64,000 nt of DNA from an uncultured Candidatus Peribacteria bacterium (GCA_964387375.1 CAYLWB010000002.1:27173-91172); one strand, 5' to 3'. Shown: positions 35,186 to 44,322, counted from the stretch's first letter. A program made the numbers and translations. Notes: generated by a model from the letters alone, not told the origin.

Positions 35186-36742
35186 TCAAAGAGAGGAAAC
35201 TTTGAAAGGCATCATCATGCCGCTTTCAAGATGCTCTGGAATATGGCAGTGAATCATCCAGTCTCCAGGGTTGTCCATGACCACTAGAAGTTCAACCGTA
35301 GACCCTGACGGGATAAGTACGGTGTCTTTCCAAACCAAGTTCTCGGATTTTTCCCCATCCATAGATAAGACGAGGAAGCGTTGACCGTGGATATGGATCG
35401 GGTGCTGCATGGGGTGCATAGTATCGTTGGGATTGGCTATTTGAATTTTCACTACTTCTCCCTGTGTGAAGTTCCAGTCGTCGATGTCTTCGTTTGTCTT
35501 TTTCGTTTCTTCGTCGATGAGTTGCCATTCCAGCGTGTCGGTATTCGATGTGCTGTTCATCATGCTCATGGTGTCTTCCCATTCAATCGGTTCACCGTCA
35601 CTCATCATGCCCATCTCTGAATCATCCATCATCATTCCACCATGCATCGAATGCATTCCGCTCATACTCTCCATTTCTAGATCAATACTTAAGGATTTGT
35701 CTGCAGCTTTCCCAAAGCTGGCTCGGTAAGGATCAATGCTGGCGATGGTGCTCTGGTGTGTTTTGAGGGTATTGAAGTCGGCTGCATAAGATTCAGAGAC
35801 CTCCTCATCGGAGACGTGGAAGTCTGCCAAGGTATAAGTTCTATCTGGCGTTTTGTGGACTAGGGAGAAGTCACCTGATTCTGAAAACATCACCTCTACG
35901 ATTGCGCGCTCGGATGGCCCGAGCAAAACCTCTTCTGCCCATTCGTCGTGTTCATAGAGTCCATTGTCTGCTCCAACCAATTTCATTTGCGCTCCTGGGA
36001 TGCTTAGATTGAAAACTCGTGTATTGGCCGTGTTCGTGATGTAAAAGCGTATGACTTCACCTTTCTTTGCCGTCAGGTTGTAATCCGTGCTGCCGTTCAC
36101 CAGCATGGTGTTTCCAAAGCGACCCATGAGGGTGTGAGTGACTTCATCAAAGGAGTAGGAATCCAGTTCGTTTCCTTGCATAAGAATGTCATCGACCATT
36201 AAGGTTTCTTCTCTATTAACTGGGGACCAATCTTCTTCATCGGCGACGATGATGTAGTTGCCGTAGAGTCCCATGTCTTGGGCGTAGTCTTCTCTTAAAT
36301 GAGGGTGGTACCAAAACACACCAGCGTCGTCGAAGCGAACTGAGTATGTGAACGTTTCACCCGGCTGGATTGCCTCTTGGGTCACGTGTGGGACTCCATC
36401 GAAAGCATTGTCCAAACGTACTCCGTGTGAATGGAGAGTGGTTTCGATGTCTGTGTTGTTTGTAAAATTGATCGTGATGGTTGAATCTTGCTTCACTTTA
36501 AGGGTTGGCCCTGGAATGGAGCCGTTATAAGCCAACATTTTGTAGAGTGAGCCATTGAGTTCTTTCTCAACAAATGAGGATTCAAGATCGTAGGCGTCCC
36601 CATCCTTCAGCTCTACGATTTGAGTGCTTGAGGCCAAAGGTGCTTCAGAAGTTTCTTCCACAGCACCTTCTTGGGTCGTATTCTGACAGGCCGTTAGAAG
36701 AGTGAGGGTGAAAAAAGCGAGAAGAAGTGAGATTTTTTTCAT
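35186..36742 (-). CDS. multicopper oxidase with Met-rich insert (CopA/CueO-like)
   Basis: Lipobox LLTAC; copper-site motifs HSHG, WYHPH, HPIHIHG, HCHIPEHLESGMM; Met-rich tract MESMSGMHSMHGGMMMDDSEMGMM. Confidence 0.9.
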   Translation of the reverse strand: MKKISLLLAFFTLTLLTACQNTTQEGAVEETSEAPLASSTQIVELKDGDAYDLESSFVEKELNGSLYKMLAYNGSIPGPTLKVKQDSTITINFTNNTDIETTLHSHGVRLDNAFDGVPHVTQEAIQPGETFTYSVRFDDAGVFWYHPHLREDYAQDMGLYGNYIIVADEEDWSPVNREETLMVDDILMQGNELDSYSFDEVTHTLMGRFGNTMLVNGSTDYNLTAKKGEVIRFYITNTANTRVFNLSIPGAQMKLVGADNGLYEHDEWAEEVLLGPSERAIVEVMFSESGDFSLVHKTPDRTYTLADFHVSDEEVSESYAADFNTLKTHQSTIASIDPYRASFGKAADKSLSIDLEMESMSGMHSMHGGMMMDDSEMGMMSDGEPIEWEDTMSMMNSTSNTDTLEWQLIDEETKKTNEDIDDWNFTQGEVVKIQIANPNDTMHPMQHPIHIHGQRFLVLSMDGEKSENLVWKDTVLIPSGSTVELLVVMDNPGDWMIHCHIPEHLESGMMMPFKVSSL

Positions 36743-36755
36743 TGTATTAATTGGA

Positions 36756-38642
36756 TTAGTAGATTTTTTGCCAGTTCAATCCGCTGTCTTCACTCTTATA
36801 GACCTTATTGTTCTCATCTATAGCGTAAACAAGCTTGGGGTTACTGGACGAATAAGTTATGAAGTAGAAAATGGCGTTTGGTGCTCCTGAAACAGAGGCC
36901 CATGTCTTTCCAGCATCACTACTGGAAGCTAGGCCGAAGGTATCGGAAAAACTGAGCATTTGGTTCGCATCTTGAGGATTTTGAACCAATGTCAAAACTG
37001 CGCTGGATACCAAATCCTCTGAAAGGATTGTCCACGTTTCACCGCCATCTTTACTCACCCAAATTCCCTGTTTCGTGTTTGCGTAGACGGTTTGATCGTC
37101 CACCCTGTCGGCCACTAGACTGAAGATGCTTTCCGGTTGGTTTGTGAGCAGTGACCATGTTTTGCCACTGTCGATGCTTTTTTGAATTTTCGAGTGGAAG
37201 TAACCATAAACAATATTCGCGTTCACTGAACTGACTGTCATGGCATGAAAATCAACGGGCCCATCGATTCCGTCCGATACTTTACTCCAAGTTTCACCGC
37301 CATCCGTTGTCTTTTGAAGGCCACTATTACCACCAAAGGAAGGATGTCCACTGGCGTAGAAAGTGAGAGGGTCTTTGCTGTTGATTGTGAAGCCCATCAA
37401 ATCATTCGTAGTTTCTCCAATCCGATATAAATCTTTTTCGTTTTCTAAAACCAACAACCCTTCGTGAGTGGCAATATACAGTTTGTTTGAGTCATCAATC
37501 GCTACGGCTATTCCATGTGAGTGAGAGATGCCATCCACCTCAGTCACAGAAACCGATGCTTCACTTGTTTCTCGCTCCCAAACACTCACTCCATTGGGGG
37601 CTTTCCCTATTTCGATGGTTTTGATTACTTGATCCGTTTTTGTATCAATAATGGAAAGATCTCCACTCACAATATTGGTGATGTAAACTTGTGAACCATC
37701 TTTGGAGATGGCTACTCCATGGGGTCCTTCTCCAGCAAGGATGGTTGCCACAACTTCTTGAGACTCTAGATCGACCTTATAGACTTTATCGTTTGTGGGC
37801 TGATCGAAGTAAAAGCCTTGATCCGCCACATACACATAACGAGAATTGGGAGTTGCATAAACTTGTACTGGTCCTTTGGCTTCTGGCAGTGCCACTTTGC
37901 TGACCGTTTTTGTTTCTACGTTATAAAGTCCCAACTGTTTGGTGGAATAAAGAGAGGCGAATGCCCACTTCCCGTCGAGAGTGACTCCAGTTTGCACTAC
38001 CGCATCTTCAAAATTTACAATTTCAAACGCCTCCGTTCCAAAGTTCAAAATACCCATGCCTTTTGATCCCATGAGAGCGATGTAAGCAACACTTCCATCG
38101 GTATTTAATCGCAAACCATGAGGCTCAGCTCCTTCTGGAAGCTCTATTGTTTTTTCAAGTGTGTATGTTTTTGCATTTACTATGAAGATCTCACCTTCTT
38201 CTTGTGCTGCTGCGTAGGCCCATTGATTGTCAGGACTGAGCACGACATGGGCAAGGTGCAGATCCGTGCCCAACTTTATCGTTTGGATGACTTGCTCCGT
38301 CTCTGTAGAGATAACAATCAATTGATCTTCTTCTGCAAGATTGCTTTCGCTCGAATGCATTTCCTCTTTTTCACCTTCCTCTTCACCCATTGCGTTGACG
38401 GTCACCCAAACCGTTTCTCCATCTGGGGAAACTTGAACGTTATGAGGCATGCCTGGAATGTCTACTCTTTTTAAAATAGTCCCTGAAGTAGGGTCCACCA
38501 CGGCGACTTCATTGCCGTTTTCTACGGCAACATAGACCTTTTTATCAAGGGAACTGTCTTCTTGCACCGTATCTGTATTTTGACTTTGGCAAGCACTTAA
38601 AATGAGTGCCGTGCCAAGTAGGAGTGAAAGTATTTTTTTCAT
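36756..38642 (-). CDS. lipoprotein fusing a YVTN/YncE-type beta-propeller with a BNR/Asp-box (Ycf48/sortilin-like) propeller
   Basis: Lipobox LILSAC. The N-terminal half has repeated G..PHG(V/L) blades. The C-terminal half has five Asp-boxes (TTDGGETWS, SIDSGKTWS, SKDGGETWT, SSDAGKTWA, SEDSGLNWQ). Confidence 0.7.
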   Translation of the reverse strand: MKKILSLLLGTALILSACQSQNTDTVQEDSSLDKKVYVAVENGNEVAVVDPTSGTILKRVDIPGMPHNVQVSPDGETVWVTVNAMGEEEGEKEEMHSSESNLAEEDQLIVISTETEQVIQTIKLGTDLHLAHVVLSPDNQWAYAAAQEEGEIFIVNAKTYTLEKTIELPEGAEPHGLRLNTDGSVAYIALMGSKGMGILNFGTEAFEIVNFEDAVVQTGVTLDGKWAFASLYSTKQLGLYNVETKTVSKVALPEAKGPVQVYATPNSRYVYVADQGFYFDQPTNDKVYKVDLESQEVVATILAGEGPHGVAISKDGSQVYITNIVSGDLSIIDTKTDQVIKTIEIGKAPNGVSVWERETSEASVSVTEVDGISHSHGIAVAIDDSNKLYIATHEGLLVLENEKDLYRIGETTNDLMGFTINSKDPLTFYASGHPSFGGNSGLQKTTDGGETWSKVSDGIDGPVDFHAMTVSSVNANIVYGYFHSKIQKSIDSGKTWSLLTNQPESIFSLVADRVDDQTVYANTKQGIWVSKDGGETWTILSEDLVSSAVLTLVQNPQDANQMLSFSDTFGLASSSDAGKTWASVSGAPNAIFYFITYSSSNPKLVYAIDENNKVYKSEDSGLNWQKIY

Positions 38643-38679
38643 ATCAGTGAGTTATAGGCTAAATCGATTCAATCGCCTT

Positions 38680-38988
38680 TCACTCTCTCTGTATGACTCC
38701 TTTTAAGGTACGCCGGAGAAGATTTCTATCTGGACGCAGCGGTACAAAACTTAAGGAGGATTTGTTTTCAGAGTAAGAAAGGAAAACAAAAAATACTGGA
38801 ACAGCTAAGGTGAGTAGTAGGGGAAGGACTGCTTCGCTTTGATTCACTGCTGACTCAAGGATGCAGTGCTCACTAAATGCACAAGTATTTTCATGTCCTT
38901 GACTACTCATTAGTAGAGCAAAAGAGAACTGAAGTAGGCTCAAGCCTACAATCAGCATCCACAATATTTTCGTCTTTAGTGATTTCAT
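38680..38988 (-). CDS. small membrane protein
   Basis: 102 aa with two hydrophobic segments, second gene of the copper operon. Confidence 0.45.
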   Translation of the reverse strand: MKSLKTKILWMLIVGLSLLQFSFALLMSSQGHENTCAFSEHCILESAVNQSEAVLPLLLTLAVPVFFVFLSYSENKSSLSFVPLRPDRNLLRRTLKGVIQRE

Positions 38989-39007
38989 ACTTCGAGTTTA
39001 GATTCTA

Positions 39008-39280
39008 TTATTTTTTCTTTTGAGCAAGCTTATAGACCTTCAGTATTTCTTGCACCGCTTGGTCTTCTTTCCCACCTTTCATTTGCTCGATCACATGAGT
39101 GGAGAGGTGGTTCTCTAGAACCAAATCTTCAACACCAGAGAGCCCTTCTTTAACCGCACTGGCTTGAGTGATGATGTCCACACAGTAGCTCTCCTCCTCA
39201 ACCATTTTTTGAAGACCACGAATTTGCCCTTCAATGATTTTTAGCCTTCGTATGGCTTTGAATTTTACCTCTTTTCTCAT
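39008..39280 (-). CDS. csoR: CsoR/RcnR-family metal-sensing transcriptional repressor
   Basis: RLKIIEGQIRGLQKMVEEESYCVDIITQ...ENHLSTHV is the typical DUF156 fold sequence. Confidence 0.85.
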   Translation of the reverse strand: MRKEVKFKAIRRLKIIEGQIRGLQKMVEEESYCVDIITQASAVKEGLSGVEDLVLENHLSTHVIEQMKGGKEDQAVQEILKVYKLAQKKK

Positions 39281-39291
39281 ATGACCCTAGC

Positions 39292-39308
39292 ATACCCATA
39301 GGGAGTAT
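39292..39308. promoter_or_regulatory. candidate CsoR operator
   Basis: ATACCCATAGGGAGTAT, a G/C core flanked by an AT-rich inverted repeat, starts 12 nt upstream of the csoR ATG. Confidence 0.45.
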
Positions 39309-39353
39309 TATAAGTCAACTGAGACTACTGCTGTGACTCATCCCTTTTTATAC

Positions 39354-39424
39354 TGTCTCAAATGTCTCATTTAGCCTGAAATGCTACGATTGTGTCTCAC
39401 GGCAAGAATAGGTAAGATGAGACA
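39354..39424. repeat. cluster of four TGTCTCA heptamers (three direct, one inverted)
   Basis: TGTCTCA at 39354, 39363 and 39393; TGAGACA at 39418. ACTGTCTCA (39352-39360) is complementary to 39418-39426 within ATGAGACAGT. Confidence 0.6.
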
Positions 39425-39474
39425 GTCCCAAGGGTACTAGACCCACTTAGCCAGCCAAATAACCTTTATTACAC

Positions 39475-39750
39475 ATGAAAACCGTTAACGAAAATACAGA
39501 AGCCCTCATGCGCATTGTTGTTGCAGTCGTTTCAGGCTTCGTCCTGGAAGTGTGGGGTGCACTCATTGGCGTTTTGATTCTTGTTAATCTTGTAATTACC
39601 GTTGTGAATGGCAAACGGCACAAAGAAATCGCTGAATTTTGTGAGATGTGGAACACCCAGTTTTATGTGTTCTCAAAGTACATGACCTTCATGTCGAATG
39701 AGCGTCCCTTCCCATTCGAGAAGATGAAGAAGAACATGTCCGAATTCTAG
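39475..39750 (+). CDS. small membrane protein, hypothetical
   Basis: 91 aa with one long hydrophobic region. Confidence 0.5.
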   Translation: MKTVNENTEALMRIVVAVVSGFVLEVWGALIGVLILVNLVITVVNGKRHKEIAEFCEMWNTQFYVFSKYMTFMSNERPFPFEKMKKNMSEF

Positions 39751-39767
39751 GGTTTCTTTCAAGGATT

Positions 39768-40943
39768 TTACTCGTGCCTCAACGCTTCAATTGGATTGAG
39801 CTTGGCTGCTTTTTGTGAGGGATAATAACCGAAGAAGAGCCCCACTGATCCAGAAAAAATCGTAGCAAGCAGCACAGACCCCAAAGTGACTATTGGTGTA
39901 AAGTCTGGAATAATTTTGCCAAGCACCCAAGCGAAGAAGGCCCCAATCAGAATGCCCACAATGCCTCCCAACAAAGTGAGCAAAATGGCTTCAACAAGAA
40001 ACTGAAATACAATGTCTCTAGCCCGTGCACCCAGTGCCTTACGAAGTCCAATTTCTTGGGTACGTTCGGTGACTGTAGTGAGCATCATGTTCATGATGCC
40101 AATGCCTCCAACAAAAAGAGAAATAGAGCCGATTGCTGCGAGCAAATATGTAAAAATCTGTGTGACCTGAGCTGCCGTTTTCACAATGGAGCTGAGGTCA
40201 AAAACAGAGAAGACATCCTTGCTGACCTCCAGGTTTCTACTCCGATGCAGCAAGGTTTGTACAAAGGGCTCGATTGCAGGAATATCTTCAGTAGTGGCTG
40301 CCTTCAAGGCAATGCTCGTCGGGCCTTTTTCATTTGAAACAAAGGTTAAATAGCTTTCAAAAGGCATGTAGAGCGCCCCACCCGCACCAAAATCATTGGA
40401 ATCTTTTGAGTCAAAAACTCCAATCACCAAATAGTCGTATCCTGCAATACGCACCTCTTTGCCCAAAAGCGACGTTGAAGAGAGTTCTTCTTCAACGGAA
40501 CTGCCCAAAATAACGATTCTCTCTCTAGTGGCCACTTCTTCCTCAGAGAAAAAAGACCCCTTAAGCAGGTCGAGTGCTTGTAGATCCTTATAGACCGGAT
40601 CGACTCCATAAAGAGTTGCCCTTGCCTCTTCTCCATCAAAAATAACATCCCCTTGAGACTGGAGCACGTTAGAAATGGCTATGATTCTTGGGATTTGAGA
40701 CGAGAGTAGGGCTTTGTCCTCAAAATGCAGAGGATACTTGCTGTCTTTGGAAGACACAGTTATGACTTGGCTTCCGATGGATGCAATTTGATCCTGAATG
40801 GAAGCTTGAGCTCCATTCCCCAAAGCCAAAAGTAAAATCACAGAACTGATCCCAATGACAATCCCCAAAATGGTGAGCCCGGAGCGCACTTTGTTTTGAG
40901 TGATGCTGCCCGTTGTTTGCAAAAGAAGATCTCTTAGTTTCAT
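39768..40943 (-). CDS. ABC transporter permease, MacB/FtsX type
   Basis: N-terminal TM, a large periplasmic domain, and a C-terminal FtsX-like 3-TM bundle (RTQEIGLRKALGARARDI). Confidence 0.85.
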   Translation of the reverse strand: MKLRDLLLQTTGSITQNKVRSGLTILGIVIGISSVILLLALGNGAQASIQDQIASIGSQVITVSSKDSKYPLHFEDKALLSSQIPRIIAISNVLQSQGDVIFDGEEARATLYGVDPVYKDLQALDLLKGSFFSEEEVATRERIVILGSSVEEELSSTSLLGKEVRIAGYDYLVIGVFDSKDSNDFGAGGALYMPFESYLTFVSNEKGPTSIALKAATTEDIPAIEPFVQTLLHRSRNLEVSKDVFSVFDLSSIVKTAAQVTQIFTYLLAAIGSISLFVGGIGIMNMMLTTVTERTQEIGLRKALGARARDIVFQFLVEAILLTLLGGIVGILIGAFFAWVLGKIIPDFTPIVTLGSVLLATIFSGSVGLFFGYYPSQKAAKLNPIEALRHE

Positions 40944-41617
40944 TGGAGCAGTCCGTCTTTAAGAGTAATGATTCGGTCTGCACGTTTGGCCACGTGCAAA
41001 TCATGAGTGATCATGATGATGGTTTTGCCCTCTTTAGCATTGATCTCACGGAAACTTTTTAAAATGTGTTCTCCAGTTTTGCTGTCCAAATTCCCGGTAG
41101 GTTCGTCTGCCAAAATGATAGACGGGTGCCCCACCAAGGCGCGCGCAATAGCCACACGTTGCCGTTGACCACCAGAAAGTTCGTTGGGTTTGTGATTCCA
41201 CCGATCCTCAGGAACTTGCCCAAGATTCAAAGCCGCTTCCACAAGAGCTTTACGCTCCGAAGACGCTACGCTGGAATTGTAAATAAGGGGCAATTCCACA
41301 TTGTTATAAACAGGAATCGCCAAAAGATTAAAAGACTGAAACACAAAGCCAATTTCCTGAGAACGAACCAAGGCAAGCTCGTCTTCATTCATTTTTGAAA
41401 CGTCTAGGCCATTCAAAAAATAGCTGCCCGAAGTGGGTGAATCCAAGCAGCCCAAAATATTCATCAATGTGGATTTTCCTGAACCCGAAGGCCCCATCAC
41501 CGCAAGAAATTCACCTTCTTTTACATACAGATCCACGCCACGAAGAACATGGACTGTTTCACTTCCCATTTCGTAGTTCTTTCGGATCTCACGGCACTCA
41601 ATCACGTTTTTCATCAT
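40940..41617 (-). CDS. ABC transporter ATP-binding protein, MacB/LolD type
   Basis: Walker A GPSGSGKST, signature LSGGQRQR, Walker B ILADEPTGNLD. Confidence 0.9.
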   Translation of the reverse strand: MMKNVIECREIRKNYEMGSETVHVLRGVDLYVKEGEFLAVMGPSGSGKSTLMNILGCLDSPTSGSYFLNGLDVSKMNEDELALVRSQEIGFVFQSFNLLAIPVYNNVELPLIYNSSVASSERKALVEAALNLGQVPEDRWNHKPNELSGGQRQRVAIARALVGHPSIILADEPTGNLDSKTGEHILKSFREINAKEGKTIIMITHDLHVAKRADRIITLKDGLLQ

Positions 41618-43449
41618 TCGGGGTGATCAATTTTTCCTGGATCTGCAGGTCGTTCAGCTGAGGCAACATCTTCATCGGCGACCAGCAAAACCCAAGCACC
41701 TTCCTCAAGACCCTCTACAATTTCCACTTCAGAACTGCTCATAAGACCCACAGTCACTTTTATTTTTTGAATGTTCAAAGCACTGCGCAGGTAGATTTCT
41801 TTTGGGGCAAATACGAGTTTTGAATCTTCGGTAGCACGCTCCACATAGTCTGCATCACTCTCCAGAAGAATAGCCAATCGTGGCACCACAAGGACCTGCT
41901 CTTTCTTATCTAAGATCAGCTCAATCTCTGCACTCATCCCCTCTTTAAGAGCCAGCTCATTCTCCTTCAGCACAAAGTGAGCTTTATATTCAACCACATT
42001 GCTCTCAGCGTTATTCATCTCAGAAATAAACACCAACTCCGTGGCCACTTCCTCCCCTGGGAAGGCTTCAAACTGTGCTGTACCAGGCTGCCCTATTTTC
42101 AATTGAGCAATATCGATTTCATTCAAATAGGCCTCTACCATTTTTTGACTGCTCACCAAGGTAAATGCCGTGCTCGCCGTACTGGCACTTTGACCCAATT
42201 CCAAATCCACACTGGTCACAATGCCCGCAAAAGGTGCATAGATGAATTTATCGCCATAAGCTTTTTGAGCCTTAAGAAGGGCGTTTTCGCGTTTTTCCAC
42301 TTCAATTTCTTGAGAACGGATGTCTTCATCCGTAGCCCCCTCCAAGAGCTCATCCAGCGCCAGCTGCATTTGCTGAATGCTTAAGTTTGCTTCTTGCACA
42401 TCCATTTCGTATTGCGTGCCTAAGTCAGTAAGGTCTCGCTCAAAATCTGCAATGTCTTGCTCCATGTCTTGCAAGGTCTGCACTTCTTCAGAAAGAGTAA
42501 CAAGATGTGGGTTCATTACAGAAATAGCCGCATCCACTGTTTCCCGGTGTTCAGTGAGTGTTGTAGGAATATCACTGGCATTGGAATATTTATCCTCAAG
42601 ACCAATGAGAATAACGTTGGAACTTTTCAGCAAAGTGTTTGTGGATTCCACGGTGGCATAAACAGAGTCCATCAATAAAATCAGCTCCTCTTGAGTGGAA
42701 GAAGCACTTACCGTGTTGTAGAGGTCAAAAGAAGTATTGTAAGAAGTTCTAGCGTCCTTGTAGAGGTTTTCCCATCCATCGATTTGCTCTTCTAAAACAC
42801 TGCCATCGTGCGCTCGATTCTTATAATAGGCTATATTCCGCTGATTGGATTGGTAGTCATAATCATAGAGAATACTTTCGATATCTGTGAGCACTCCAGG
42901 TAGATCTATAAAAAGATCTGAAACCAAGCTGTAGGCATTCACGACTTCTTGAGCCAAGTCTTCTTTGGCATTTGCAAGATCCACTTGGGCATCAATCACG
43001 TTCATTTCGTAGTCCACACCCAACTGCTCCAAATCATTTTGAGCCTTGAGCAAGTCATTCTCAGCCCTTTTTTGTTCGCTCTCATCCGCAGCTTTTTCCA
43101 ATTCTTCCAGATCCAATTCGGCCAACTCCAAATCAAGCTTTGCATTTTTCAAATCAACCGCTTCTTCCGTTGCGTCCATAGAAAGGAGCAGCTGGCCCTG
43201 AGCTACTTTTTGACCCTCGTCAACATGAACGCGTGTCACCTTCCCACTGCTTTGTGGGTTCAGTTCTACCGATTGATCACTCAAAATCTCTCCATCTGCG
43301 GTCAAAGTGACCAAGAGATCTTTTCTTTCTACCTGGAACAGAGACACACTTTGAGAAGCCCCTCCTTGCCCTCTCCCAAAAAAGATATAGAGCAAAATAG
43401 CTACAGGAATAAGTAGAAGCAGCCATTTTTTTTTAAATCGTTCTTTCAT
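41614..43449 (-). CDS. HlyD/MacA-family periplasmic adaptor with extended coiled coil
   Basis: N-terminal TM, barrel-sandwich segments flanking a very long coiled coil, and operon position upstream of the MacB-like genes. Confidence 0.7.
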   Translation of the reverse strand: MKERFKKKWLLLLIPVAILLYIFFGRGQGGASQSVSLFQVERKDLLVTLTADGEILSDQSVELNPQSSGKVTRVHVDEGQKVAQGQLLLSMDATEEAVDLKNAKLDLELAELDLEELEKAADESEQKRAENDLLKAQNDLEQLGVDYEMNVIDAQVDLANAKEDLAQEVVNAYSLVSDLFIDLPGVLTDIESILYDYDYQSNQRNIAYYKNRAHDGSVLEEQIDGWENLYKDARTSYNTSFDLYNTVSASSTQEELILLMDSVYATVESTNTLLKSSNVILIGLEDKYSNASDIPTTLTEHRETVDAAISVMNPHLVTLSEEVQTLQDMEQDIADFERDLTDLGTQYEMDVQEANLSIQQMQLALDELLEGATDEDIRSQEIEVEKRENALLKAQKAYGDKFIYAPFAGIVTSVDLELGQSASTASTAFTLVSSQKMVEAYLNEIDIAQLKIGQPGTAQFEAFPGEEVATELVFISEMNNAESNVVEYKAHFVLKENELALKEGMSAEIELILDKKEQVLVVPRLAILLESDADYVERATEDSKLVFAPKEIYLRSALNIQKIKVTVGLMSSSEVEIVEGLEEGAWVLLVADEDVASAERPADPGKIDHPE

Positions 43450-43822
43450 GAGAATGCTGAGTGATTATTTTAAGAAGGTTTTTTTTGAGCTGCTCTTTTT
43501 CTTGTGCATTGAGTACGTCAAAAACGGGGTCCCCCACTTTACGCAAATGATCCTGCACTTTTTCCATGGTCTCCTGTCCTTTTTTTGAAAGTGCCAAACG
43601 AATGCTTCTTTTGTCTTTAGAATCTGTTTTTTTTGTAAGGAAGCCTCTTTTAATTAATTTTTGAATCAAAACAGAAACTGTAGGTCTGCTCACACACATT
43701 TCTTCCGCACAGTCCGAAACAGTTTCCCCCGCATGCTCTTCAAAAAATTTAAGTGCCATGAATTCAGGAGGAGAAAGCATCACTTCAAAGTCACCCCGTG
43801 CACGACTGCGCACCAGCTTCAT
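43433..43822 (-). CDS. MarR-family transcriptional regulator
   Basis: wHTH: CAEEMCVSRPTVSVLIQKLIKRGFLTKKTDSKDKRSIRLALSKKG. Confidence 0.85.
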   Translation of the reverse strand: MKLVRSRARGDFEVMLSPPEFMALKFFEEHAGETVSDCAEEMCVSRPTVSVLIQKLIKRGFLTKKTDSKDKRSIRLALSKKGQETMEKVQDHLRKVGDPVFDVLNAQEKEQLKKNLLKIITQHSHERTI

Positions 43823-43868
43823 AACCTTAAACAGAAGCTCGAATAGAGAAATTGACAGAAAATTTAAT

Positions 43869-43883
43869 TAGTTACGCTAACTA
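43869..43883. promoter_or_regulatory. candidate MarR operator (palindrome TAGTTA-cgc-TAACTA)
   Basis: A perfect 6-3-6 inverted repeat begins 47 nt upstream of marR. A second palindrome TTGACtGTCAA lies at 43898-43908. Confidence 0.4.
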
Positions 43884-43980
43884 TATGCTTGGAAACATTG
43901 ACTGTCAACACAACAAAACCTTTACGAACACAAAAAGAAAGGCCACAATGCAGTTGGATTCAGATTAACATTCTTAAAGT

Positions 43981-44322
43981 ATGCACGAAGGAGAACCAAG
44001 TGGCTTAGACTTAGAAAGCGAAGCTGGAATACTTGCCGCTTTTCTTGAGCGTGGCCCCACGGATGCAGAGGCATTGGAGGCTTATGCCCGTTTAATAGCC
44101 AAAAAAGAAGCTGCTGCAGATCTGGACCCATCAGGAGAAGGGCGGGCCAGATTTGAGCTCTGGCGGGCTCGTTTTTCTACCAAGGCTGGGCTGCCTAGCG
44201 CAAAGCAGAACTGGGAGGATTGCCAGACGAATGCAGACGGTTTATTCGATTCTGGAGCGCTAAACGGAGCGCTTTATGCTGAAATAACTGCGGCATGCGA
44301 AAAGGAATGCCCAAGGAGTTGA
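43981..44322 (+). CDS. hypothetical protein (Ala/Glu-rich)
   Basis: 113-aa ORF, no recognised motif. Confidence 0.4.
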   Translation: MHEGEPSGLDLESEAGILAAFLERGPTDAEALEAYARLIAKKEAAADLDPSGEGRARFELWRARFSTKAGLPSAKQNWEDCQTNADGLFDSGALNGALYAEITAACEKECPRS

